A stretch of DNA of 64,000 nucleotides from Basidiobolus meristosporus CBS 931.73 (GCA_002104905.1 MCFE01000145.1:62001-126000), one strand, 5' to 3'; positions 1-11,592 are shown, counted from the stretch's first letter. Numbers and translations: made by a program. Notes: generated by a model not told the origin, from the letters alone.

Positions 1-189
1 CTGGTAGTACAGATGACGTATATATATGCAGGGTGTTTATTTATAGGGGTTCTGTCTCAAATGTGGGACAACCTTGATATTACTTATATCAAAAATTTGA
101 TGATCACTGATTTGCAATGGCTTGATTTGGATTGCAAAAAAATGGGTTGTTAGGATCATTACAAATTTGAGCAACTCAAAGCAATTGCA

Positions 190-2157
190 TCATCTTCTCC
201 TGGGTTTTTTTCTAACAGGGATTACTACTGAAGCATTTGGTAGTGACTCACTTTGCACACCTATACTGCTTCCTGGCTGACTATCATCTTGGCTACTTGT
301 GTATTTGTAGTCAGTATTTTGCCTCCTAGTTGATGAGTGCGGTGCTGCAGCTTGGCCGCGCTGAATTGCTCCAACTGAACCAACTGAACCAGCCTGTAGT
401 GCCACACGCTGACGCGTTTTTTTACTTGCCAAGGGCTCCGGTGGTTGAGGCACTTCATGTTGGTCATCATTAGTCAGTTCACCAGAAGTAACTTGCTGAT
501 GGTCAGGCAAAACGGCATGCGCAGGTGCGCCTTGATGTGTTGAGATGGCCCTTGGCTGAGTTTGATGTGATGCTGCATGTTGACACAACTTGGTCCGCTC
601 CAATGGACTTGTGTCTAAATGAGCAGTTTGGCGAGTTCTCCTAGTTTTGCTCTGAAGCACATGTATTGACTCAATAGACTTGTTCCGTTGGATAGTGCCA
701 CATTGAGCCATGAGTGCCAAATGATGCCATAGTGTGCCAGGGAGGCCAAGTGAGCCTACACTTGGCCACAGAGTGTGAAACATAGATCTGCATCTTCATG
801 CAAAGCAGCCCCTATGTCTCACTCATTGTGATGGAGAAAATCCATTTTTAGACCTTTTTTTTTAGGACAATGTTTTACAGGATGTGCAAGAGCACTAAAG
901 GTTTGAAGATATGCATCTGGTACTGAATACCCATGGCACTATGAATCTAGCTTGTGTGGCTTGTACCATGTCACAAAAATGCATGGCACCATCTTGGTCC
1001 ACTGGCACTATCTGGCACTATATTTAAATATTAGCCCTAAAGTAAGATCAATACAAAGCACTTATAGTGCCAGATAGTACCAGTGGACCAAGATAGTGCC
1101 ATGCATTTTTGTGACATGTTACAAGCCACAAGAGCAAGATTCAAAGTGCAATGGGTATTGAGTACCAGATGTATATCTTTAATCCTTTAGTGCTCTTGCA
1201 CATCCTGCACAATATTAATCCACAAAAAAACATCAAAAAATGGATTTTCTTCTGCATCATTGGTGAAACACAGGGGATTCTTTGCATGAAAATGCAGATC
1301 TATGTTTCACACTCTGTGGCCAAGTATAGGCTCACTTGGTCACTCTGGCACACTATGGCATCATTTGGCACTCATGGCTCAATGTGGCACTATCCAACGG
1401 AGCAAGTCTAATGTGGGGCGTTCTGGAAAAGGGTGTTGGTGTGGTCTGGACTGACATGCGCTGGCGCGCTGTGATTGCAAGAGATGGTAGGGAATCCAGC
1501 AAGGCGTGCTGGCGCAATCTGGACAATGTTGCTCATGGTCTGTATCCTTCCTCCTGAAGTTCACCATCTGATTCCTCAAGGTATTCACTTACCCTCTGTC
1601 TGATACTTTGGAGCTGTTGCCTGGATGAATCCTGTGTATATTTCTCTCAGAAGCCACTTAGCTCTACTAATATATCATGTAGTACATTAGTCATTTAAGG
1701 CAAAACTCATTCAAAATTTGCTTGGTTCCCAAAGTTGAGGCACAAACAGACGCATCCAGCCCATACTGTGCAAATTGTGCGTGAAATTGTTCCTGCGTGG
1801 CTTCTTTGTCAAATCCCCTCACTCTCAGCTCATTCTTGATTTCAATACTTGTCTTGTTATATATCTTCTTACATACATTGGCTGGCATCTTGATGTAGAA
1901 CTCATGCCACAGCTTTCTACTCAAATTCTTCCATCTTTGTCAACTCTCTGAGGTATCTAGTTCTGCTAGATTAATCAGTAGTGCCCAAATATCTGTCTGA
2001 AGGCTCATCATGGACACTTGGTCCATACTAAAATCATTTGGCAAGAACTCAAATGGATCCAACATTGACTTTTCCGGTCCGGACCGTGCTTGTGAGCTGG
2101 GGGATGGGTTTGTCTGGGTTGTACTAAAGATGAGTTCAGGCTTGGTATGGGGACCAT
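190..2157 (-). pseudogene. Second gene (ORF2) of Pangu-like copy 1, disrupted by stops, a frameshift and a MITE
   Basis: ORF pieces 1940-2254, 1691-1924 and 190-783 match ORF2 of copy 2 and end in RKKPRRR*. Confidence 0.8.
676..1409. mobile_element. 734-bp foldback MITE with AAT TSD
   Basis: Arms 676-1022 and 1063-1409 are near-perfect inverted repeats around a 40-bp loop. AAT flanks both sides (673-675, 1410-1412). The empty site TTGACTCAATGTGGGG is present in copy 4 (reverse, ~52210-52226). Confidence 0.95.
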
Positions 2158-2516
2158 AGCAATGGATTTGGATACTTATACAGCAGTATATTGGCGTCAA
2201 CCTGGTCTTATATGAAATATATATGAAAACTAATGTGATTGTTGAATTTTCCATATATTATGCATGATGCATCTTGGATTGCATTGACATGGATCAGATC
2301 ACATCAATCGCAGATTTCCTTTTTGATTATAGACCTATGATTAAAGCATGAATAAAAGTACCAAGGCATTGTTTGTGGATGATTTTTGCAACATAATGAT
2401 GGGATACATGGGAATTGATGGAGATTTAACCATAATGTACTAAAACTCAGATAAATAACACAGATTGCGCCAAATCAATTCAAGCCACCTCCATACAATC
2501 ATCCACCAATTTTGAT

Positions 2517-3401
2517 ATGACTTACTCATCTGAATGGTCTTTTCTCATCAATCCCATCACTACCACTGGATTTCCTTTTGACACACTAGGGGAGATCTAT
2601 TCCAAGTACTGTGGACCATCAACCCCAATCTACTCAAGGAGATCCCTTGTTAAGCTTCTCTGCTACTACAAGAACTATTGCCCTACAAGGTTTCATCCCA
2701 CCATCCATGGCAACAAAAGTCCTAGAAGCTTTCATTCCCAGCTGACAGCAATGGAGAACCACCTTGCAGAGGGTATGAATGACTTAGAGCAAGCTTGGAA
2801 TACTAGGTTCAGAAGCTCCAATAGACTTCCATATCCCAGAGTGTTCAGCAACAGGTTCCATATAAGGAGTATTTTGGATACCTTCTCAGTGAGGATTAAC
2901 AGACCTTCTAGAGGGCAGAGGCACTTTTATTCTGGCAAGTACAAGGCACACTGTGTGAATTTTCAAGCACTGTCTGAAATGGAGGGTAACATCTTCTGGT
3001 TTAGTGGGCCATTTGCTGGAAGTAGAAATAACAAATAACTCTGGGTAGAGAATCATCCTGAATTCAGTAGAGGGGAGAGATGTATGGCAGACTTAGCCTA
3101 TATAGGAAAGGATTGTCAGAGATTGGGATGTATTACAGCTTATAGGAAGCCAAGGAATGGTGTGCTTAGCAGGAAGCAGAAGCTCTACAATGAGATATTT
3201 AATCATTTCAGAGTGAGGGTAGAGCACACATTTGGATATCTGAAGAGATTCAGCATATTGGCAGGTAAATACAGAGGAAAGTCATATATAGGAGAAAACA
3301 GCAGAATAGGTAAAATAGTTAAGATACTTATTAATGCACAGTATGCTCATACAAGAAGACATCCACTGAGAGAAATGGGTCTGGAGCATTATGAAGAGTA
3401 A
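2517..3401 (+). pseudogene. DDE_Tnp_4-type transposase of copy 1, premature stop at 3036-3038
   Basis: ORFs 2517-3038 and 3084-3401 are in one frame and match the intact transposase at 6284-7168. Confidence 0.9.
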
Positions 3402-3859
3402 ATAAAGCAAGGAAAGCACTATTCTGAGCAATATAAGTAAGATTGAGTAAAATTACCAGTAACTGTATCATACCACTGGCATCATGGTAGAAATTATAGT
3501 GCCAGATTGATCCAGCACCATAAACAGGCTGACACTATGTGGCACTATCCAACGGAACAAATCTAATATTGGAGTTGCAGAGGAATCTCAAAGATATAAG
3601 AGAACTCCTCTTCAGGGAGGAAGTGATGTTTTGAATCCACATTTGAAAGTCAGCAGTCTTACCAAGTTGAAAAACTTATCCTAAATGCTTTCCTCAACTA
3701 AAATATGACTCATTCTAGGTGCAGCTTATTCTATCTCATCTCAGAACTTATTTTTAGTTGGCACACCTGATTAACTTTCATGAGATCATTTTGAAATTAA
3801 TTATTCTGCCAAGCATTCACGCATAGCCTATCATTTGAGATATATCCTGCCACTAACCA

Positions 3860-3933
3860 GTGGCCCATATAAGTTAGTAGTATTATTCAGCCAATGAATT
3901 TGCAAATCCTTACCAGACAGAAATAGGTATATT
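3860..3933 (+). repeat. 5' part of a Gypsy-A LTR split by Pangu copy 2
   Basis: TATTATTCAGCCAATGAA...CCAGACAGAAATAGGTATATT matches the LTR-A interior (cf. ~11700-11750). Confidence 0.7.
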
Positions 3934-4676
3934 AGACTTGTTCCATCGTACTGTGCCAGGGCGCGTGGCAGGATCCGCGGTCGCAAAGAACGATTGGGCG
4001 CAATATTATAGTTACCAGAAGGCAGGATTGTTCTTGGACAATTTTGCACTATGCGGGACGATCTTGCACACTATGGCACAAACTGACACAATGAGGTTGG
4101 CGCGGATGATCGTGCCAACTTGTAATGTTTGCATCACGTGCGCGATCTGATACCGCTATAATGGCAGGTAAAATCCGGTATTTGGATATGTTTCTTTAAT
4201 GTAAATGGAAATAAATGTGTATCACACTATAAACTACACTGATACTTACCATTTTGGTTACCCTCACTCCAATTGGACGGTATCTCAGTGGTTAATTGGT
4301 CCAAAAGTATCCTGAAGCCAGCAGCCCCCAATTGGCTCAATGACTACTGAAAAAGCTACCTGATTTGCCATTAAATATCCCATTTTGCCAATTGAGCAAG
4401 TAAATCCCTGATCCTAGTGATTGGACATGGTGTCATAGCTAGCACGCAAGCAATCGTGTAGGTGCAAAACAGATCCAATAGCTGCACTGGTAGTACATAT
4501 GACGTATATATATGCAGGGTGTTTATTTATAGGGGTTCTGTCTCAAATGTGAGACATCCTTGATATTACTTATATCAAAAATTTGATGATCACTGATTTG
4601 CAATGGCTTGATTTGGATCGCAAAAAAAAAGGGTTGTTGGGATCATTACAAATGTGAGCAATTCAAAGCAATTGCA

Positions 4677-5924
4677 TCATCTTCTCCTGGGTTTTTTTCT
4701 CACAGGGATTACTACTGAAGCATTTGGTAGTGACTCACTTTGCACACCTATTCTACTTTCTGGCTGACTATCATCTTGGCTACTTGTGTATTCGTAGTCA
4801 GTATTTTGCCTCCTAGTTGATGAGTGCAATGCTGCAGCTTGGCCGCGCTGAATCGCTCCGACTGAACCAACTGAACCGGCCTGTAGTGCCACGTGCTGAC
4901 GCGTTCTTTTACTTGCCAAGGGCTCCGGTGGTTGAGGCACTTCATGTTGGTCATCATCAGTCAGTTCACCAGAAGTAACTCGCTGATGGTCAGGCGAGAC
5001 GGCACGCGCAGGTGTGCCTTGACGTGTTGAGATGGCCCTTGGCTGAGTTTGATGTGATGCCGCATGTTGACGCGACTCGGTCCGCTCCAATGGACTCGTG
5101 TCTAAATGAGCAGTTTGGCGAGTTCTCGTAGTTTTGCTCTGAAGCGCGCGCGTTGACTCAATGCGTGTTGACTTGACGCGGGGCATTCTGGTAAAGGGTG
5201 TTGGCGTACTCTGGACTGACGTGTGCCGGCGCACTGTGGTTGCAAGAGATGGTAGGGAATCCAGCGAGGCGTGCTGGCGCGATCTGGACAATGTTGCTTG
5301 CGGTCTGTATTCTTCCTCCTGAAGCTCACCATCTGATTCCTCAAGGTATTCACTTACCCTCTGTCTGATACTTTGGAGCTGTTGCCTGGATGAGTCCTGT
5401 GTATATTGCTCTTAGAAGCCACTTAGCTCTACTAATATATCACGTAGTACATTAGTCAATTGAGGCAAAAACTCATTCAAAATCTCTTTGGTTCCCAAAG
5501 TTGAGGCACAAAAGGACGCGTCCGGCCCGTACTGTGCAAATTGCGCGCGAAATTGTTCCTGTGTGGCTTCTTTGTCAAATCCCCTCACTCTCAGCTCATT
5601 CTTGATTTCAATACTTGTCTTGTTATATATCTTTTTACATACATTGGCTGGCATCTTGATGTAGAACTCATGCCACAGCTTTCTACTCAAATTCTTCCAT
5701 CTTTGTTGACTCTCTGAGGTATCTAGTTCTGCTAGATTAATCAGTAGTGCCCAAATATCTGTATGAAGGCTCAACATAGACACTTGGGCCATACTAAAAT
5801 CATTTGGCAAGAACTCAAACGGATCCGACATCGACTTTTCCGGTCCGGACCGTGCTTGTGAGCTGGGGGATGGGTTTTGTCTGGGTTGTACTAAAGATGA
5901 GTTGAGGCTTGGTATGGGGACCAT
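4677..5924 (-). pseudogene. ORF2 of Pangu-like element: ~415-aa putative nuclear DNA-binding partner protein with one in-frame stop at 5412-5414
   Basis: ORFs 5412-5924 and 4677-5291 are in the same frame (1248 nt, 416 codons). The sequence between them reads *EQYTQDSSRQQLQSIRQRVSEYLEESDGELQEEEY without another stop. C-terminal RKKPRRR. Confidence 0.8.
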
Positions 5925-6283
5925 AGCAATGGATTTGGATACTTATACAGCAGTATATTGGCATCCACCTGGTCTTATATGAAATATATATGAAAACTAA
6001 AGTGATTGTTGAATTTTCCATATATTATGCATGATGCATCTCAGATCGCGTTGACATGGATCAGACCACATCAATTGCAGATTTCCTATTTGATTATAGA
6101 CCTATGATTAAAGCATCAATAAAAGTACCAAGGCATTGTTTGCAGATGATTTTTGCAACATAATGATGGGATACATGGCAATTGATGGAGATTTAACCAA
6201 AATGTGTTAAAAATCAGAAAAATAACGCAGATCTTGCCAAATTGATTCAAACCGCCTTTATACGATCATCCATCAATTTTAAT

Positions 6284-7168
6284 ATGACTTACTCATCTGA
6301 ATGGTCTTTTCTCATCAATCCCATCACTACCACTGTATTTCCTTTTGACACACTGGAGGAGATCTATACCAAGTACTGTGGACCATCAACCCCAATCTAC
6401 TCAAGGAGATCCCTTGTTAAGCTTCTCCGCTATTACAAGAACTATTGCCCCACAATGTTTCATCCCACCATCCATGGCAACAAAAGTCCTAGAAGCTTTC
6501 ATTCCCAGCTGACAGCAGTGGAGAACCACCTTGCAGAGGGTATGAATGACTTAGAGCAAGCTTGGAATACTAGGTTCAGAAGCTCCAATAGACTTCCATA
6601 TCCCAGAGTGTTCAGCAACAGGTTCCATATAAGGAGTATTTTGGATACCTTCTCAGTGAGGATTAACAGACCTTCTAGAGGGCAGAGGCACTTTTATTCT
6701 GGCAAGTACAAGGCACACTGTGTGAAGTTTCAAGCACTGTCTGATATTGAGGGTAACATCATCTGGTTTAGTGGGCCATTTGCTGGAAGTAGGCATGACA
6801 AAGCACTCTGGGTAGAGATTCAACCTGAATTCAGTAGAGGGGAGAAATGTATGGCAGACTTAGCCTATATAGGAGAGGATTGTCAGAGATTAGGATGTAT
6901 TATGGCTTATAGGAAGCCAAGGAATGGTGTGCTTAGCAGGAAGCAGAAGCTCTACAATGAGATATTTAATCATTTCAGAGTAAGGGTAGAGCACACATTT
7001 GGATATCTGAAGAGATTCAGCATATTGGCAGGTAAATACAGAGGAAAGTCATATATAGGAGAAAACAGCAGAATAGGTAAAATAGTTAAGATACTTATTA
7101 ATGCACAGTATGTTCATACAAGAAGACATCCACTGAGAGAAATGTGTCTGGAGCATTATGAAGAGTAA
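6284..7168 (+). CDS. PHIS/Harbinger-like DDE transposase (DDE_Tnp_4), 294 aa from the first ATG, intact
   Basis: Motifs SILDT, FYSGKYKAHCVKFQ, GSRHD, MADLAY and YNEIFNHFRVRVEHTFGYLKRF, with D-D-E retained. Confidence 0.92.
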   Translation: MTYSSEWSFLINPITTTVFPFDTLEEIYTKYCGPSTPIYSRRSLVKLLRYYKNYCPTMFHPTIHGNKSPRSFHSQLTAVENHLAEGMNDLEQAWNTRFRSSNRLPYPRVFSNRFHIRSILDTFSVRINRPSRGQRHFYSGKYKAHCVKFQALSDIEGNIIWFSGPFAGSRHDKALWVEIQPEFSRGEKCMADLAYIGEDCQRLGCIMAYRKPRNGVLSRKQKLYNEIFNHFRVRVEHTFGYLKRFSILAGKYRGKSYIGENSRIGKIVKILINAQYVHTRRHPLREMCLEHYEE

Positions 7169-7351
7169 ATAAAGCAAGGAAAGCACTATTCTGAGCAACA
7201 TAAGTAAGATTGAGTAAAATTACCAGTAACTGTATCATACCACTGGCATCATGGTAGAAATTATAGTGCCAGATAGTGCCGTAGGGTGCCAGATCAATCC
7301 GGCACTATCAACAGGCTGGCACTATGTGGCACTATCCAACAGAACAAGTCT

Positions 7352-7560
7352 AATAAATAAGATGGAGTTAGGTGATGATGATGCAGCTCAATGGGTTATC
7401 AGCCTCAACCTACATTAGGAATTTCAAATAGTCAGTAGCAAATCTGGCTAAGTGTATATAAGGAGCTGCTGGAGCCTCAATAAAATCAGTTCATACTTTA
7501 GTAAATGCAATATTAGTTAATCACCATATTCCTTTACAACTCTGATATCAAAGCCTACAA
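7352..7560 (+). repeat. 3' part of the Gypsy-A LTR split by Pangu copy 2
   Basis: GGTGATGATG...TATATAAGGAGCTGCTGGAGCCTCAATAAAATCAGTTC matches LTR-A (13830-14020). Confidence 0.8.
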
Positions 7561-7564
7561 TGGC

Positions 7565-10557
7565 TTAGTGTATGTGTCTCAATGAAGTGCATATTAGGTC
7601 TCATCAATGTCAAGAGTTCCAAAATTGCATCAGACTTGTTCTGTTGGATAGTGCCACATTGAGCCATGAGTGCCAAATGATGCCATAGTGTCCCAGAGAG
7701 GCCAAGTAAACCTATACTTGGCCACAGAGTGTGAAACATAGCTTGGCATCTTCATGCAAAGCAGCCCCTGTGTTCCACCTATCATGCAGGAGAAAATCCA
7801 TTTTTTGATGGTTTTTTGTGGATCAATGTTGTGCAGGATGTATAAGAGCACAGAAGAGCTGAAGACATGCATCAGGTACTCAACACCCATGGCACTGGGA
7901 ATCTAGCTCCTGTGGCTTGTAACATGTCAGAAAAATGCAGGGCACTATCTTGGTCCACTGGTAGTATCTGGCACAATATCTTATTATCAGCTCTAAAGTA
8001 AGATCAATACAATGCACTTATAGTGCCAGATAGTACCAGTGGACCAACATAGTGCCATGCATTTTTCTGACATGTTACAAGCCACAGGAGCTAGATTCAG
8101 AATGCCATGGTTATTGAGTACCAGATGCATATCTGCAATTCTTTTGTACTCTTACACATCCTGCACAACATTGACCTGAAAAAATGGTCCAAAAATAGAT
8201 TATCTCCAGCACAATGGGCAAAACACAGGGGCGGCTTAGCACAAAGATGCAGAGCTATGTTTCACACTCTGAGGCCAGGTATAGGCTCACTTGGCCTCCC
8301 TGGCACACTATGGCATCATTTGGAGCTCTTGGCTCAATGTGGCACTGTCTAATCCAACAAGTCTATTCTATTGTGTATCCAAATGTATGCTCTACTCCCA
8401 CCCTGAAATGAATACAGATCTGATTGTATAACATCTATTTTATGCTAAGCAATCCATTGCTTGGCATTCTATGGACTCTGATACATCCTAATTTCTAACA
8501 ATCTTCCCCTGTGGTGGCTAAGTCTGCCATTCATTTCTCCCTCTGAATGATTCACAACACAGAGTGCTTTGTCATGCCTACCTCCTTCAAATGGTTAACT
8601 AAGCCAGATGGCATCATGATCAATGCCTGAGAGTGCTTGAAACTTCACACTGTTTGCTTTGTATTTGCCAGATTAAAAGTTTCTTCACCCTTCAGAAGGA
8701 CTGTTAGCCCTCACTAAGAAGGTATCCAAAGCACTTATGATATGGTACCTGTAGCTGAGCACTCTGGACTATGGAAGTCTGTGGGAGCCTCCAAGTCTAG
8801 TTTTTGAAGCTTGTTTCAAGTAATTCATGCCCTCTGTGTAATGGGTCTGCATTGCTGTCAGCTAGGAATGGAAGCTGCTAGGATTTTTTTGCAATAGATT
8901 GGAGGATGAAACTATGAAGGGCAATAGTAGTTTCAATTGCTGAGAAGCCTATAGAGATATCTGCAAATAGAATGGAATGCAAGGTCCACAGCACCTCAAT
9001 TAAATCTCCTCTGATGTGTCAAATGGAATTCCAGTGGTAGTGATGGAGTTGATGAGAGAGCACCTTTAGATAAGTAAATCAACTTCAGAATTGAAAATGA
9101 TTGCAGCAGAATGAGCTATGCTGATTTGGCACTATCTGCTGAGTTCACATGAACTTCCAAGCATCAGAATTCAGTCTGTATATATTACTGTACATCTCTT
9201 CACTATGTTTCAAAAAATAATTTTAAGCAATGGCCTAAGAGGGAATCTGCAACTGATGTGTTCTAATGTATGTCAATGCAATTCAAGATGCATATTGCAA
9301 AATGTTTGAAAGTCCAATTATCACACTGGTTTTATGTACATTTTACTTAATGCCAGATATATTGAAATATGCCACTATATAGGCTACTAAATCTATCACT
9401 TTAATCCCTATTGCAAGTCTCAACTCATTGTTATCAGCAGCCATACATAATCTGTCCTCCAGCTTAAAGGCATGGTATGGTCCAAAAAGTCAATGTTGAT
9501 CTATTGGTGTTGTTGCCTAATAATTCTGGTGTTTCACAAGTGTTACATTGAGCCTTCATTCAGATTTTTGGGTACTACTCATTAAACTGGTACACCTGGA
9601 TAACTCAGAGAGTCAACAAAGATGGAAGAATATGTGTAGAATGAGGTGGCATGAGCTCCACATTTGCATGCCAACAGATATATGTCAGATGATATAAATA
9701 AGTCAAGTATTAAAATCAGCAATGAGCTGCAAGTGAGGGAATTTAGAGAGTAAGCAGTATCCAAAGAATTTGATGTTCAATTTGCTCAGGGCAGGCTAGA
9801 TGTATCCATTAGTCACTCAATTTGGGAACCAAGGAGATTTGAATAAGGTTTGTCTCCAAAACTAATAAAATGCATGATAAATCAGTAGAGCCAACTTGCT
9901 TCCAAGAGCAATATATACAGGGCACCTGAGGGCAACAGTCCCTGAGTATGAGACCAAAGGTAAGTAATACCTTGAGGAATCAGAAGATCAGCTTTGACAA
10001 GAAGAATTGAAACTGCAGGCAACCAATATCCAGATTGCACCAGTACATCTTGCTGGATCCCTTACCAGACCCTGCAATGCCAGTGTGCAGGGACATGCCA
10101 GTTCAATTTACATTAACATCCTTGACCAGAATGCCAAGCAACAGGCCAACTCATATTGGGTCATTGGACATGGTCCAGTAAGCTATCAGAACTTGCCTAA
10201 CTTCTCAGTTTTTTCACTATTTTAATGGAGCAAGCCAAGCTGAATATGCTTAAAGCATCACATTGGACTCAACTAAGGGCCATACCAAATGTTGTGTTGT
10301 GCCAGCCTTGCCTTATACCTAAAGTACAGCAACTTACTTCTGGAGAACTGACCAACAAAGACCCATTGTCAGCACCTCCTTCATAGGAGCTTTTGGCAAG
10401 TCAAAGTGTGTGTCAGCATGTGGCACTTCAGGCTAATTTTATAGCATCCTCTGGAGCAATTCAGCATGGTCAAGCTATAGCACTGCGCACATCAACCAGA
10501 AAGAAAAATACTTACCATACATACACAAGTAGCCAAGATGATAGTCAATTATAATAT
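7565..10557 (-). mobile_element. Old, diverged Pangu-subfamily relic (transposase on -, ORF2 on +)
   Basis: 8370-9000 aligns to the reverse of the transposase. 9600-10557 aligns to ORF2 (SESQQRWKNM..., ...AGCCAAGATGATAGTCAA). Confidence 0.7.
7632..8364. mobile_element. 733-bp foldback MITE, second copy
   Basis: Same long inverted arms and loop as 676-1409. Flanks ATC/ATT (one mismatch). Confidence 0.9.
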
Positions 10558-11592
10558 TGCGTAGAATAGCACGTATCTATGGTAATTCAAGAAGTGATTT
10601 GGATATAAGAAACTTATCAAGAAATAGTGATAATAGTTGAATTATTGATTATTTAAAAGGAAGCTCAGTATTAATACCTCTGTAGGAGTAATACAAATGT
10701 AGCAGTAAGTAAGGAGAACTTTGCAACACTCTGGAGTGTACTGTAAAAGCTTTAGGGTTGGTACATAATGTTTGGTAAAATGCTAATTTGATCCTGACTA
10801 TGGAGGAATAACAATAGTCCATAGATCTGAAGACAGTGGCAAAGTTACAGTTGTAAACTACTCCAACATTGACCAAGGCTAGTCCAGCACTGTTAAATAA
10901 ACTCTTAGCTGCTGAAGGATACCAAATAGTTAAATATTTCAACACTCCCTGTACACTAAATGATTGCTTATTCCTAATTCCTCCCAGAGTTTCCAAGCTG
11001 TGACTTAGCTAGTAGTTTTGTCTGTATATCTGACACTATTTTCTCAGTTAGGCAGTAAGCTAACTCTGCTAAGTTATTTTCACCGCTTCCCTCACACAGC
11101 ACTGTTGTATATCTATGTGATTAGTACTGACAAGATTGGTAGAAATCCCAGCTAATGAAATACAACTTTGACTATCCTTGTAAATACAATCTAAATGTTG
11201 ATATATCTGAATCAAAACCTAAGTCTATGAATAATATTTGTAGCTGCATAGCTTCCTTAGTTGCTTGACAAGCAGTCATATTTTCAGCAACAGCTGTAGA
11301 TAGGGTCAAAAGTGGTTGTTTCTTCCAATTCCAAGTAATAGCTGCACCAGGATAAAGGATTACATATTCAGTGGTAGAGTATCTGTCAATTCAATCCCTA
11401 CCCTGATCTGAATAACTATATCCATTAAATATATGCCTTTTAGTTGCTCCAGAGTGTTTCTAAATCATATTAATGGTACCTTGCAGATATCTCAGAATCT
11501 GCCCAACTGCTGTGATTTCTTAAGATCAAAAACTCTGAATGAAACCACCAACTATCCCAGCTGCCACTGCAGTATCTGGACATGTAGAAAGC

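Larger units (their letters stand above)
1..3564 (+). mobile_element. Pangu-like PHIS DNA transposon, copy 1 (left end outside window)
   Basis: Collinear with 4490-7351. Right terminus ...GGCACTATCCAACGGAACAAATCT at 3564, followed by AAT. Contains a nested MITE. Confidence 0.9.
3934..7351 (+). mobile_element. Full-length Pangu-like PHIS DNA transposon, copy 2 (3418 bp)
   Basis: Termini AGACTTGTTC...GAACAAGTCT. Flanks are ATT/AAT and are adjacent parts of one LTR-A. Two divergent ORFs; subterminal GGCACTAT arrays. Confidence 0.93.

Noticed and set aside
5412-5420. Programmed stop-codon readthrough
   Set aside because: The stop identity varies (TGA, TAA, CAA) and the context lacks known readthrough motifs.
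5391-5450. Intron removing the ORF2 stop codon
   Set aside because: An acceptor-like ACAG follows the stop, but the candidate donor (GTACTA) is weak and not conserved in copy 4. CGA decay explains all variants more simply.
6284-7168. Bacterial IS5/ISL2 element or contamination
   Set aside because: The motifs are shared across the superfamily, but the copies are nested with eukaryotic LTR elements and show the same CpG decay.
3931-7354. ISL2EU-type 2-bp AT TSD with TAGACTTG termini
   Set aside because: It fits copy 2 only. The insertions at 676, 37960, 46782 and 50044 have AAT on both sides, and empty sites support a 3-bp duplication.
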